Below are positions 43,477-53,674 of a DNA stretch of 64,000 nucleotides, piece after piece. The stretch is from a virus. Position 1 is the stretch's first letter. Every line of letters begins with the position of its first letter. The DNA lies in IMG/VR virus record IMGVR_UViG_3300032242_001655, positions 32,079 to 96,078 of that record; one strand, given 5' to 3'. Below the pieces are notes generated by a model that had not been told where the DNA came from, searched no databases, and worked only from the letters and a program-made list of their open reading frames with translations. Both the position numbers and the translations under genes were made by a program.

Positions 43477-44320
43477 ATATTTTTTAGTCTTATTATTATT
43501 TCCTGTATACTGTTTTCCTGAAATAAACATTGTCGTACCATCTACTCCTGGAGGAGCATACGATCAATTGGCTAGAAAATTTAGCAAGTTTGTAACTAAT
43601 GAAACAGATATGCCAGTCGTTGTTATAAATGTTTCAGGTGCTGGCGGATTAATAGGTATAAGAAAAGTTGAGGCTGATTCTAAAAGCACATTCATGTTAT
43701 CAAGTTCTGCACTATACATTCTACTTAATGAAGAATCTATACCATTAGATCATTTTAAATATGTTTCGATTATTGGGGAAAGTCCTCTGTTCTTAGCCGT
43801 TTCAAAAAGCAGGGGACTAACTTGTGAAGATCTTAGAGATAGAACACAACATTTTTTTGTAGGGACTTCTGGAAAGGGAGGGGTTGCTGGACAACCATTA
43901 GAGATGATTAAAAAGAAATATTCAAATTTTACTGAGATTCCTTATAGGAGTGCATACGCATCAACAGTTGATATCATCTCGGGTCAAATTGATATAACAT
44001 TTATATCCGGGTTATATTCAAATCGTCCCGACTTTGAATTGTTGGCTAATACTTCTAATAGACCATTTAATAATATTCCTACCTTAAAAACTTGTATGGG
44101 GGTAAACGAACCTATATTAACTCAATTTATTCTTTCGGCTAATCAGAACACAAATGACGATCTTGTTAAAAAATTAAATACTTTAGCAATAAAATTTGTT
44201 TCCGATCCCGATACTGACAAGTATCTTAAAGAACAGGGAATTATGCCAAAGGCAAAATCTCTTGAATTAACTAACAAAGAAATTAAATTCGAATACGAAA
44301 AATGGAAATTAACAAGGTAA
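43451..44320 (+). CDS. TctC/Bug-family tripartite tricarboxylate transporter substrate-binding protein
   Basis: IVVPSTPGGAYDQLAR, NVSGAGGLIG and IPYRS....DIISGQID. Confidence 0.85.
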   Translation: MNLMYLKIKYFLVLLLFPVYCFPEINIVVPSTPGGAYDQLARKFSKFVTNETDMPVVVINVSGAGGLIGIRKVEADSKSTFMLSSSALYILLNEESIPLDHFKYVSIIGESPLFLAVSKSRGLTCEDLRDRTQHFFVGTSGKGGVAGQPLEMIKKKYSNFTEIPYRSAYASTVDIISGQIDITFISGLYSNRPDFELLANTSNRPFNNIPTLKTCMGVNEPILTQFILSANQNTNDDLVKKLNTLAIKFVSDPDTDKYLKEQGIMPKAKSLELTNKEIKFEYEKWKLTR

Positions 44321-44323
44321 TTT

Positions 44324-45580
44324 ATGTTTTTTTATGATACTCCCGAACTTACAAAATATGGATATTATCTTGTTAATGATACCATTAAAACATTTAGTAA
44401 ATTTGAAGCATATCAACTTGCAGGAAAAAATTGGAAGAATATAAGATTTATCTTTAATGATGACGAGTTTGAAAAATACGATTGGACAGTCGAGCCTGAA
44501 GAAGATATCTACGAATTATATAGGCAACGAGCACAACAACTAAGAGAAAAATATGATTATGTAGTGTTAATGTATAGCGGTGGGATAGATAGTCATACAA
44601 TATTAGAAACATTTTTGCAAAATAATATTAAATTAGATGAGATCTGTACTTTTTCTGTTTCCGATACTGAAGACAAATTAAAAAGTTTAAACCCGGAGGT
44701 ATTTAGAACAGCCCTTCCATTTATTGAAACTTTAAATTTAAAAAAAATAGGTACAGTTTTTAGAGATGTTGAAGTCGGAAAACTTATTTTAGATTGGTGG
44801 AACGATGATTTTCATGCTGAAAATTTCCAATATTACACAATTCAACAACAATGGTCTGGAGTGGTTAGATCTTATTATTTTAAATCTAAAATAAAAGAAC
44901 ATATGGCGTTAATTGAAAATGGAAAAACAGTATGTTATATATGGGGATCAGATAAACCTTCAATGTGTGTTACTCAAAATCATTACGCATTATACATACC
45001 AGACGGTGCTCTTGATTTAGGAAGTAAACAATACGTTAACAGATTACATTTTAATAAAAAATTTTATAATTTCTATGATGAACCTTTTTATATATGCAGA
45101 GAATTTCCTAAGATATCAATCAAACAATCACATTTATTAGTAAATCTAATGGAAACAATACCTAAAACAGATAGTCGCCTGCTCTTAAAAGGTCAATTAC
45201 CTACCTTTGGTCCATTTGTTAGCCACCATGTAGAAAATAATATTGTAAAATTTTTAGATAAAGCAACTATAGATGGGTGCATATACCCTAATGCTTTATT
45301 AAGTAGATTTAGGAATGACAAAATATATAACGCAAGTCTAATCATTTCTCCAAAAGATAATTGGTTTTTATCTTCAAATCATCCTAACCGATATAAATTT
45401 GAAGAGCAAATAACAAAAATAATTAAAGAGAACCAAAACTATTTTTATTATACAAATGCAAAAAATCACAGATTATTTAAGCAAGAGGAATACAAAGATA
45501 CAATACCTAAAAATGCGGGAGTGACATTTAGTAGATTATATTTTATTAGACCGGTTTCGAATTTAAATAACAACTTATGA
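44324..45580 (+). CDS. PP-loop protein, paralog A2
   Basis: LMYSGGIDSHT; shares long blocks with A1. Confidence 0.75.
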   Translation: MFFYDTPELTKYGYYLVNDTIKTFSKFEAYQLAGKNWKNIRFIFNDDEFEKYDWTVEPEEDIYELYRQRAQQLREKYDYVVLMYSGGIDSHTILETFLQNNIKLDEICTFSVSDTEDKLKSLNPEVFRTALPFIETLNLKKIGTVFRDVEVGKLILDWWNDDFHAENFQYYTIQQQWSGVVRSYYFKSKIKEHMALIENGKTVCYIWGSDKPSMCVTQNHYALYIPDGALDLGSKQYVNRLHFNKKFYNFYDEPFYICREFPKISIKQSHLLVNLMETIPKTDSRLLLKGQLPTFGPFVSHHVENNIVKFLDKATIDGCIYPNALLSRFRNDKIYNASLIISPKDNWFLSSNHPNRYKFEEQITKIIKENQNYFYYTNAKNHRLFKQEEYKDTIPKNAGVTFSRLYFIRPVSNLNNNL

Positions 45581-46446
45581 AAAAAATTATTTCAATTATA
45601 CTATTATTAATAACATTCTCTGTATCAGCAGAAGAAATTAGTATTATTGTTCCATTTCCGCCTGGTGGAGCATATGACATTATGGCAAGAAAATTTGCGC
45701 AATTTATCACAGACGAAACACCTAATCATGCGATTGTTAATAACATTGTAGGGGCTGGCGGATATATCGGGCTGAAAAAATTAGAATCGAGCCCTCCTAA
45801 TACTGTAATATTAGCACAGAGTAGTTCATTCTATGGGGGGTTAATTGAACATCAAATTCCTCTTGAAAACTTTAAACTTGTTGCAGTATTGGCAGAAAGT
45901 CCTTACTTCCTTGTAGTATCTAAAAATAATGGATTAACCTGTGAAAAGTTAAAGAATACACAAAAATATTTTTTTGCGGGAACTGGTGGGAAAAATACCA
46001 GTACTGATGAAATAGTAAAATTTATTAAAGAAAAATATTCTAATTTTCAAGATGTACCTTATAAAGGTGTAATACAAACTTTAACTGATTTAATATCAGG
46101 GCAAATAGATTTAACATTCTTTTCAGGGCTATCTAATTCTCGACCGGAAATAATATTTTTAGCCAATACATCGTCTGTAGTGTTTGATGGTATCCCTACG
46201 TTAAAATCTTGTTTAGGAATAGAAAAAACAATAACAAATGAATTTATTTTAGTTGCAAATAATACCGCAGATATTTCTTTTTTGAAACAAATGAATCAAT
46301 TGGCTTACAAATTTGTCGAGGACTCTAAAACAAAAGAATATTTTAAAACCAATGGTATTAGTTCCAGAGTAGACTCGTTAGAAAAATCTGAAAAAATATT
46401 TAAATTTAATTTTTTACAAATACAAAATGGAACTAATCAAAGATAA
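45577..46446 (+). CDS. TctC/Bug-family substrate-binding protein (second copy)
   Basis: Signal peptide; IVPFPPGGAYDIMAR, GAGGYIG and VPYKG....DLISGQID. Confidence 0.88.
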   Translation: MKKIISIILLLITFSVSAEEISIIVPFPPGGAYDIMARKFAQFITDETPNHAIVNNIVGAGGYIGLKKLESSPPNTVILAQSSSFYGGLIEHQIPLENFKLVAVLAESPYFLVVSKNNGLTCEKLKNTQKYFFAGTGGKNTSTDEIVKFIKEKYSNFQDVPYKGVIQTLTDLISGQIDLTFFSGLSNSRPEIIFLANTSSVVFDGIPTLKSCLGIEKTITNEFILVANNTADISFLKQMNQLAYKFVEDSKTKEYFKTNGISSRVDSLEKSEKIFKFNFLQIQNGTNQR

Positions 46447-47422
46447 TTATCTTCGAGGATTTGGGACTGGCGATACATGGCGAGTCGAAATCGATCCTCC
46501 AACCAGACCAGTAAAATCTTATTTTGAAGAAATGTTAATTTCTTCAGAATATATATACGCAAACAAAACTGGAAAATTATATTTGTTAGTTAGTGGAGGA
46601 TTAGATAGTGAATATGTTTTTAGAATTTTTAAATACCTTAAATTTGATTTCACTCCAGTAATTATTAGATACACAGGAAAATATCATTACCATGACTATA
46701 ATTTGGCTGATACACAATATGCTTTTATGCTCTGCAATAGTATGAATGTTACTCCTTTAGTTATAGAATTTAATATTGATAAATGGATAGAAAGCGGTGA
46801 CATTTTTAAAAAGATGCACTCTATTCGGACAGGATTTCCAGTCACGGCTACCTATTTGCATGTTATTGAATCGTTAGACGGATTCACAGTATTAGGTAAT
46901 GATCCACCGTTTGTTCGATATAATGAAGAAACAGGAGTATGGCAACTTGAAGAAGAAGAATCAGCCCATGCACAATTAAGAAATTATAAACTAAACAATA
47001 TGCAGGGATGCCCTTATACATTATCATATACAGCAGAAATGATGCTATCATTTTTGTTAGAAAAAAGAATAGTTGATTTGGTAAACAATAAGTTGCCAGG
47101 AAAAACAGGCACCAATTCAAGTAAATCCTATGTTTATAATAACGGTTCAGGATTTAATATAGATCATTATGATCCCGATTCAACTTTTAAATTTTTTAAA
47201 AATAATAAGATGATAGAATTTCTTCAACAACCTTCTAAATTGTTAACCCTTCCTCGCATCAAATTTAATGGATGGGAATTAATTCGACGTCTTCCATTTT
47301 ATCGCAATCATCCAGAAAAATTAAAAAATTTCAATTTAGATGCTAATCATCTCTATAGAGGATGTTACTCAGAAAACTACTTTGAATTAGTGTTGCGACT
47401 ATCAATCAATCAACATATATAA
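46427..47422 (+). CDS. PP-loop protein, paralog B1
   Basis: VSGGLDSE; LPGKTGTNSSK. Confidence 0.75.
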   Translation: MELIKDNYLRGFGTGDTWRVEIDPPTRPVKSYFEEMLISSEYIYANKTGKLYLLVSGGLDSEYVFRIFKYLKFDFTPVIIRYTGKYHYHDYNLADTQYAFMLCNSMNVTPLVIEFNIDKWIESGDIFKKMHSIRTGFPVTATYLHVIESLDGFTVLGNDPPFVRYNEETGVWQLEEEESAHAQLRNYKLNNMQGCPYTLSYTAEMMLSFLLEKRIVDLVNNKLPGKTGTNSSKSYVYNNGSGFNIDHYDPDSTFKFFKNNKMIEFLQQPSKLLTLPRIKFNGWELIRRLPFYRNHPEKLKNFNLDANHLYRGCYSENYFELVLRLSINQHI

Positions 47423-47428
47423 TATTAA

Positions 47429-48313
47429 ATGATTCCAAGAATTAAAAATAATTATATGAGGCCAAACGGAGTCCTTTCAGATTTCAAGATAGAACTTGAT
47501 CCGCTACCTACAAAATTTGACAATTACTTTATTGAGACATGTCGGGCCGCTGAAGAGATATATAATCTAAAACAAGGTAAACTTCATTTATTATATAGTG
47601 GCGGTCTCGATAGTGAGTACGCATTAAGTGTGTTTTTACATTTAGGAATGGATATAACTCCTGTTATTATCAAATTAAATCCTGGATATAACGATCACGA
47701 TCTCGAGTACGCATTTAAATTCTGTGACTCTAAAAATATTAAACCTCTAATAATTGATATAGACTTTCCGCATTTTGTTAAATCTGGAAAGTTTTATGAT
47801 ATAATGAAAATTACAGAAGGTAGTGTTTATACTATTAGTACAACTGCATATGCCCTTGGACAAATTAACGGGTCTGTGCTAGTTGCGGCAAACGAACCGT
47901 ACATAGGAAAACATCCAGATACAGGAGAATGGTATTTTGTATTAGAGAGATGGGCCTGGGGATTAGAAAGGTATTGTAATATAAATGGTATAGACGGTAC
48001 TGTATCTTTTAATGCGTATACACCAGAAATGGTTTCATCATGGTTAATGGATCCAAGGATGGCAGAATTAGCAAATAATTTACATCCGGGCAAAAGAGAC
48101 TCTCAATCAAGTAAGCATTACGTCTATAACAGAGATAGTGGGTTTAATTTAGAAATTAGGCCTAAATTCCACGGATGGGAAAAAATTATTCTTGATACAA
48201 TATACCAACATGAAGATTTTGAAAAATGTCATAATGAAATTTATGCAAAATTTAAAGGAAGGTGGAGTATCAAATATTTTGATTTAATCAAAAATATTAT
48301 TGACAAATCTTAA
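47429..48313 (+). CDS. PP-loop protein, paralog C1
   Basis: YSGGLDSE. Confidence 0.75.
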   Translation: MIPRIKNNYMRPNGVLSDFKIELDPLPTKFDNYFIETCRAAEEIYNLKQGKLHLLYSGGLDSEYALSVFLHLGMDITPVIIKLNPGYNDHDLEYAFKFCDSKNIKPLIIDIDFPHFVKSGKFYDIMKITEGSVYTISTTAYALGQINGSVLVAANEPYIGKHPDTGEWYFVLERWAWGLERYCNINGIDGTVSFNAYTPEMVSSWLMDPRMAELANNLHPGKRDSQSSKHYVYNRDSGFNLEIRPKFHGWEKIILDTIYQHEDFEKCHNEIYAKFKGRWSIKYFDLIKNIIDKS

Positions 48314-48357
48314 TTTTAGTATATACTATATAAAGTAACACTTAAATCGGACAAACT

Positions 48358-48723
48358 ATGACAATATATTGGGGATATCATCTAATGCTCGACTGCGGGA
48401 ATTGTGACTTAGTGAAGATGACAGATAAGGATAACATTAAAAATTTTGTTCAAGAGTTGGTAATTGCTATCGATATGGTTGCAATAGGAGACCCGTGGAT
48501 TGAACGTACCGCGATAGGAATACCCGATAAGGAAGGTTTTAGTCTATACCAACTTATTGTTACTAGTAATATTTCTGCACACTTTGTTGATATTCCTAAG
48601 CAAATTTACCTAGATGTTTTTAGTTGTAAAGAATTTAACAGTGATGTTGTAATCGAGATTGTTAAAAAGTATTTTACCCCTTCTAAGATAAATCAAAATT
48701 TTGTAATTAGGGATGCCTCTTAA
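48358..48723 (+). CDS. speD: S-adenosylmethionine decarboxylase-like proenzyme
   Basis: WGYHLMLD, LIVTSNISAHF and YLDVFSCKEF. Confidence 0.8.
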   Translation: MTIYWGYHLMLDCGNCDLVKMTDKDNIKNFVQELVIAIDMVAIGDPWIERTAIGIPDKEGFSLYQLIVTSNISAHFVDIPKQIYLDVFSCKEFNSDVVIEIVKKYFTPSKINQNFVIRDAS

Positions 48724-48725
48724 AT

Positions 48726-49547
48726 ATGAAAACAAAGAATGATTGGTTTACATCTAATATTGCAGAACGGTTTACTGATCCTAGTTCTCCGTTTGATGTT
48801 AATATAAACTTATATCCATTTAAAAAAATTGATTTTAAATCTGCTGTTAAGTTAACAATTAAGGAGATCGCCAATTCTTATTCAAATTTATATGTGGCGC
48901 TAAGTGGAGGACTAGATAGTGAATTTGTTTTAAGAGCATTTAATCAATTAGATATTTCAATAATTCCTATTATTGTATGTTATGGAAATGAACTTGAAAA
49001 CAAGTATGCTTACAAAGTGTGTAAAGAACTTTCAATTAATCCAATCACTATTTCTGTGTCAGATAATGAATATCTTGAATGCTTTACTGAAAGAATCTAT
49101 AAAAAATTTAATGGGGTTGGTATCCACACTACCCAGGTATTGTTTGCGGCAGATTATGTTGAAAAAAACAATGGAGTGTTGATCACCGGCAATCATTTAA
49201 TAGGAGACGGTAACGAAATAATTTCAGAAGAAAATTATGCATCGTCGAATGAGTGGGATTTTTATGTAGAGTATACACATCCTTCTATAGTTCATATTGA
49301 TCTTTTATTATATACTTTAGAAATAGCACATGCATCATTGCCAACATCAAACGGTAATACATGGAAAAATTATAAAAGCGAATTATATAACATTAAACAT
49401 AGAGAAAAGATAAAACCAACTTATTCAAACGATATAATTTTTAAACTTCAAGAACTACATCTTAAAAGACCTGCATTTAGATACAGAACTGAAAAAACTT
49501 GGTCAAGAAGTGAGTTTAATGATATTTTCCAAAAGGTTACCAAATAA
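48726..49547 (+). CDS. PP-loop protein, paralog D
   Basis: ALSGGLDSE. Confidence 0.72.
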   Translation: MKTKNDWFTSNIAERFTDPSSPFDVNINLYPFKKIDFKSAVKLTIKEIANSYSNLYVALSGGLDSEFVLRAFNQLDISIIPIIVCYGNELENKYAYKVCKELSINPITISVSDNEYLECFTERIYKKFNGVGIHTTQVLFAADYVEKNNGVLITGNHLIGDGNEIISEENYASSNEWDFYVEYTHPSIVHIDLLLYTLEIAHASLPTSNGNTWKNYKSELYNIKHREKIKPTYSNDIIFKLQELHLKRPAFRYRTEKTWSRSEFNDIFQKVTK

Positions 49548-50438
49548 ATGTTCAAAAATCCACCAAATATATATGCACATGTGTCTGCATTAAAAAATGG
49601 ACACTTTGTAACAGAAGATGAGATAATTCTTAAAAAAGATGAAAAATATTCTATAAAAAGTAGAGAATGTCCTCATCGTGGATATACTATGCAAGAGCCC
49701 GGGGATGTTGTAAAAAACGTAGTATGCAAACTACATGGATTCGCATGGGACGATGAAGGGAAACCTTTTGAAAATAAAAATGATCTTTGTAGAAATCATT
49801 TTTATAGATTACATCATCATGGTAATTTAGAAATAGGTAAATCTGGATTATTATTTCAAAATTTTAAAGAACAAGAGCAGTCTGAATGGGTTCAAGTATT
49901 GAATAAGATGACCGATCTTGAATTTGTTAAAACCTTAACAGGTGAAAGTTTTGGGAGTCGATTTTGGATGATGGAACAACTAACAGATATATTGCATTTT
50001 AGACAAAACGGAATACACCCAAGACAGACTTTAGAAACTCCACTAGAGTTATTAGAACAAAGGTTAGAAGAAGGATGCTCTATACAAAAAAACACTAATG
50101 TGAGCGGTGTTGTTGGCTATTGGGTTTTTGTATATCCGGGTTTTGGAATAGAGTTTGAGCCTGGAAAGTTATTAATCACTAGAATAATTCCAAAAAATAA
50201 AAAAGAAGAATTCGGGTACATCTGGGAAATGCAATTTTATTACGCACCATGGGTAGATAAAAATGAACAAGAAGAATGGGAAAAATGTAAAGATGTTTAC
50301 ATAGAAGATGTTCTGGCCGTTGAAAAAATAAAACGTCCATACTTTCCTTTAAAGAAAATGGTCAATAAATATGAAGAGCAAATGCACCATTGGGGTAAAT
50401 GGTATTTAAACAATAAAATTAATGATACCAAGGATTAA
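49548..50438 (+). CDS. Rieske 2Fe-2S oxygenase alpha-subunit-like protein
   Basis: CPHRG...CKLHG Rieske motif; D..H.....H and ED mononuclear Fe ligands. Confidence 0.82.
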   Translation: MFKNPPNIYAHVSALKNGHFVTEDEIILKKDEKYSIKSRECPHRGYTMQEPGDVVKNVVCKLHGFAWDDEGKPFENKNDLCRNHFYRLHHHGNLEIGKSGLLFQNFKEQEQSEWVQVLNKMTDLEFVKTLTGESFGSRFWMMEQLTDILHFRQNGIHPRQTLETPLELLEQRLEEGCSIQKNTNVSGVVGYWVFVYPGFGIEFEPGKLLITRIIPKNKKEEFGYIWEMQFYYAPWVDKNEQEEWEKCKDVYIEDVLAVEKIKRPYFPLKKMVNKYEEQMHHWGKWYLNNKINDTKD

Positions 50439-51312
50439 AAACAATTTTATCCGACCAATTGGATCTGGGGAAACATGGACTTTAAACATAGATCCCCTTC
50501 CTAAAAAGTTTGACAATTATTTTGTCGAGTCATGTCGTGCGGCTGAAGAAATATACGATCTTAAAGAAGGTCCATTACACATAATGTATAGCGGCGGCAT
50601 TGATAGTGAATATGCGTTGAATGTATTTTTACATTTAGGAATTGATATTACCCCTGTTATTGTTAGATTAAATCCTAACTTTAATGATTTTGATATCGAA
50701 TATGCTTTTAAATTCTGTCAGAAATATAATTTAACACCGCATGTTATCGATATAGATTTTAAAGAATTTATAACTTCTGGCAAGTATGCACAAACCAAAA
50801 ACATCATAAAATCTTCAGTTATACCAAGAGTAAGTACTTGCTATGCACTTGGGCTAGTGGACGGTAGTATTGTGTGTGGTGAAGGAGATCCGCATATTAG
50901 TAAAGATGAAAATACAGATGTATGGTATTTTGATGCTGTCGAGCATGATTATACATTAGATAATTATATGAATCATAAAAAAATAGACGGCACTTCTTTC
51001 TTCTGTGGATATACTCCTGAGATGGTTTCTGCATTTTTAATAGACCCGCAAATGAAAGATTTAGCAGATAATAAAGTTCCAGGAAAATTAGGTAGCCATT
51101 CTAGCAAATATATAATGTATAATCGGCATAGTAATTTTGAACTAGTCAAACGACCAAAATATCACGGATATGAAAAAATTCTGCAAGATGAAATAGCAAA
51201 ACAATTAAATCTTGCATTAGAAACAGACGAACCGTATAAATTTAAAGATTTTGAATATAACGGTCATTTTCAAATAGAATATTACAAACTAATAAAAGAT
51301 TTGATAGAATAA
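50422..51312 (+). CDS. PP-loop protein, paralog C2
   Basis: YSGGIDSE; N-terminus closely similar to C1. Confidence 0.75.
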   Translation: MIPRIKNNFIRPIGSGETWTLNIDPLPKKFDNYFVESCRAAEEIYDLKEGPLHIMYSGGIDSEYALNVFLHLGIDITPVIVRLNPNFNDFDIEYAFKFCQKYNLTPHVIDIDFKEFITSGKYAQTKNIIKSSVIPRVSTCYALGLVDGSIVCGEGDPHISKDENTDVWYFDAVEHDYTLDNYMNHKKIDGTSFFCGYTPEMVSAFLIDPQMKDLADNKVPGKLGSHSSKYIMYNRHSNFELVKRPKYHGYEKILQDEIAKQLNLALETDEPYKFKDFEYNGHFQIEYYKLIKDLIE

Positions 51313-51332
51313 ATTTACAGACAGATTATTGT

Positions 51333-52214
51333 ATGGAACTAATACACAATAACTATCTTCGAGGATCTGGGCATGGGGCTAACTGGCAGGTAGCAGTAGA
51401 TCCTCCAACACGACCTGTTAAAAGTTATTATGAAGAAGTGTGTATTGCGGCAGAAATGGTATGGGCACAAAAACTAGGAACTATGTATGTTAGCCTCAGT
51501 GGCGGATTAGACAGTGAATTTGTACTAGCAGTATTGTTATCGTTAAAGATGAATGCTGTACCTGTTATCATGCGTACACAGTACAATCATCCCGAAACTG
51601 CCTATGCTTTTAAGTTTTGTGAAAAAAATAATTTAACTCCTGTAGTGTTTGATTTAGACTATGATAATTTTGTTAAATCTGGTAAAGTATTAGAATATTG
51701 CAATTTGATGAAATGCTCTGTACCGTGGCATGCTTCTAATGCTTGGGTAATTCAACAATTAGATGGTACCGTACTAACAGGCAATGATCCTCCCCATATG
51801 AAAAAGAAAGAAGATGGATTATGGTATCTTGACGAAGAAGAACATATCCACTCTCAGTTAAGAGGATTTAGGAAAAATAACATTCACGGTACTCCTTACT
51901 TGCTAAGTTATACTCCAGAAACTATGTACGCATTTTTAACACATCCAACAATGGTAACATTAGCCAATGATAGGCTTCCTGGAAAGACTGGGACTAACTC
52001 TAGTAAAATACGAGTGTTTAATACCAACAAAGGAAAGTTCACTCTAGAACAACGAATTAAAAAAAGCGGATACGAATTAATAGAAAACAGTGATATAAAA
52101 AATCATCCCGATATCCAGACTGTATGGAGTTGGAATCACTGGCGTGGATCTTCTGATCATCAGTATCACGAACTAATTAAAACGCTGTCTGCTGGTAAAA
52201 CATCTATTCAATAA
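51333..52214 (+). CDS. PP-loop protein, paralog B2
   Basis: LSGGLDSE; LPGKTGTNSSK shared with B1. Confidence 0.75.
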   Translation: MELIHNNYLRGSGHGANWQVAVDPPTRPVKSYYEEVCIAAEMVWAQKLGTMYVSLSGGLDSEFVLAVLLSLKMNAVPVIMRTQYNHPETAYAFKFCEKNNLTPVVFDLDYDNFVKSGKVLEYCNLMKCSVPWHASNAWVIQQLDGTVLTGNDPPHMKKKEDGLWYLDEEEHIHSQLRGFRKNNIHGTPYLLSYTPETMYAFLTHPTMVTLANDRLPGKTGTNSSKIRVFNTNKGKFTLEQRIKKSGYELIENSDIKNHPDIQTVWSWNHWRGSSDHQYHELIKTLSAGKTSIQ

Positions 52215-52756
52215 TGGAAGCAATAACATGGGTTCCTGGAACAGATCCAGAATTTGATCAACTATTCGAAGTCTTGCGGCTACAACGCTTTAACGATAAA
52301 TCCCACAGGTTGTGGAAGAACTACGGACCTGATGCATTTGAATCGTGTGTAGCCTTAACTATTTGTTTTGATGATAACAACCAACCAGAAGTATGCTCAA
52401 GTATTAGTTCAAGAGATTGTTGGCCAAAGAATGTTTATCGCATACACAACAGAGTTTGGAAAACATTTAACAAGAAAGAATACTTACGCACAGTAAGTCC
52501 TAGTATGGGTGTATCAGCACAGAGTCAAATAGATTGGTTGCGTGATAACACACTGTCAGAATTATACTTTATTAGCCGACAGACTAATAACTGGAATGAT
52601 TGGATGATAGAACACTTTGGTAAAAACTTTGGAATCAAGTTTAAAACAGATAAGTACACTTATCTAACCTGTCCTAATGAGTGTGATGAAACTTGTTGGC
52701 AGACAATTATATACAACGGCAACGAACAACTATTAGCAGATTGGAAACGTAGATGA
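52214..52756 (+). CDS. hypothetical protein (possible GNAT-like fold)
   Basis: ORF in the operon. Confidence 0.55.
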   Translation: MEAITWVPGTDPEFDQLFEVLRLQRFNDKSHRLWKNYGPDAFESCVALTICFDDNNQPEVCSSISSRDCWPKNVYRIHNRVWKTFNKKEYLRTVSPSMGVSAQSQIDWLRDNTLSELYFISRQTNNWNDWMIEHFGKNFGIKFKTDKYTYLTCPNECDETCWQTIIYNGNEQLLADWKRR

Positions 52757-53541
52757 AAAACTTTATCAAGACTACATTAGCATTACCTCAATTATGGGCG
52801 GTTATTCTCCCAATGCAGATTTTAGGGCTATATACTATCTATAATCTGATCTCTGGAAACGCACCCTGGTGGTGGTGGATTACCTCTATTATAGGCTACG
52901 TCTGTTTTACCATGTTAGGAATCTCAGCAGGATACCATAGATTGTTTAGCCACAAAGGATTTAAGGTTAATAAAATAGTAAAAAGAATATTGTTGTATTT
53001 TGGTATTCTAGGAGGGCAAGGTAGCCCTATTATGTGGATTGGTGTACATAGAGGATATCATCATAGGTATGCAGATACTCCCAAAGATCTACACAGCCCT
53101 AAAGATGGCCTATGGCATAGTTATATGGGATGGATGTTTAAGTACCCAAAAATTAGTATTCGATCTGTTATTGATTTAACTCGAGATCCAGATATGTTAT
53201 TTGCTCACAAATACTATGTTCCTATCATTTACATAACACATATTATTGTTGCTATGATTAGTATAGATCTGTGGATGTATCTGTTGATGCTTCCTATGTT
53301 TATAACACTACACGGATTCCTAACACAAACCTCTCTTACACATTTGCGTAAATTGGGATATAGAAATTATAATGTCAAAGATAATAGTGTTAACGTTCCT
53401 TGGCTATTTCCTTTTATATTAGGAGAAGCATGGCACAACAATCATCACGGTGACGGACGTAATCCTAACTACGGTGGTAGACATTGGTGGGAACTAGATC
53501 CCACCTTCTGGCTTATACAGGCTATACGAACTGATAGTTAG
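52753..53541 (+). CDS. membrane fatty acid desaturase (delta-9 type)
   Basis: His boxes HRLFSH, HRGYHH and HNNHH. Confidence 0.9.
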   Translation: MKNFIKTTLALPQLWAVILPMQILGLYTIYNLISGNAPWWWWITSIIGYVCFTMLGISAGYHRLFSHKGFKVNKIVKRILLYFGILGGQGSPIMWIGVHRGYHHRYADTPKDLHSPKDGLWHSYMGWMFKYPKISIRSVIDLTRDPDMLFAHKYYVPIIYITHIIVAMISIDLWMYLLMLPMFITLHGFLTQTSLTHLRKLGYRNYNVKDNSVNVPWLFPFILGEAWHNNHHGDGRNPNYGGRHWWELDPTFWLIQAIRTDS

Positions 53542-53556
53542 ATGCTATAATGAAAT

Positions 53557-53652
53557 GTGGCTGTGAGTGGAATTGGAAGACCTCTGCCTAGGCAGGATGG
53601 GGCAAAGACATAGTCATTTGCTTTTGTAGGTTCGAAACCTACCAGCCATACC
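53557..53652 (+). ncRNA. tRNA-Leu-like RNA lacking an anticodon loop
   Basis: GTGGCTG/CAGCCAT-A-CC, Leu-type D-loop, perfect T-arm; anticodon arm is the palindrome CTGCCTAGGCAG; TGcTATAAT upstream. Confidence 0.65.
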
Positions 53653-53674
53653 GATATTCAATATAAATTACAGT

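Noticed and set aside
42271-52214. Lasso-peptide gene cluster
   Set aside because: No transglutaminase-like B protein, RRE or precursor peptide was recognised near the PP-loop genes.
53584-53595. CTA in the tRNA-like RNA read as an amber suppressor, implying a recoded genome
   Set aside because: No 7-nt loop can centre on CTA. Genes are full length in the standard code, and TAG serves as a stop (for example thyX and 38202..38804).
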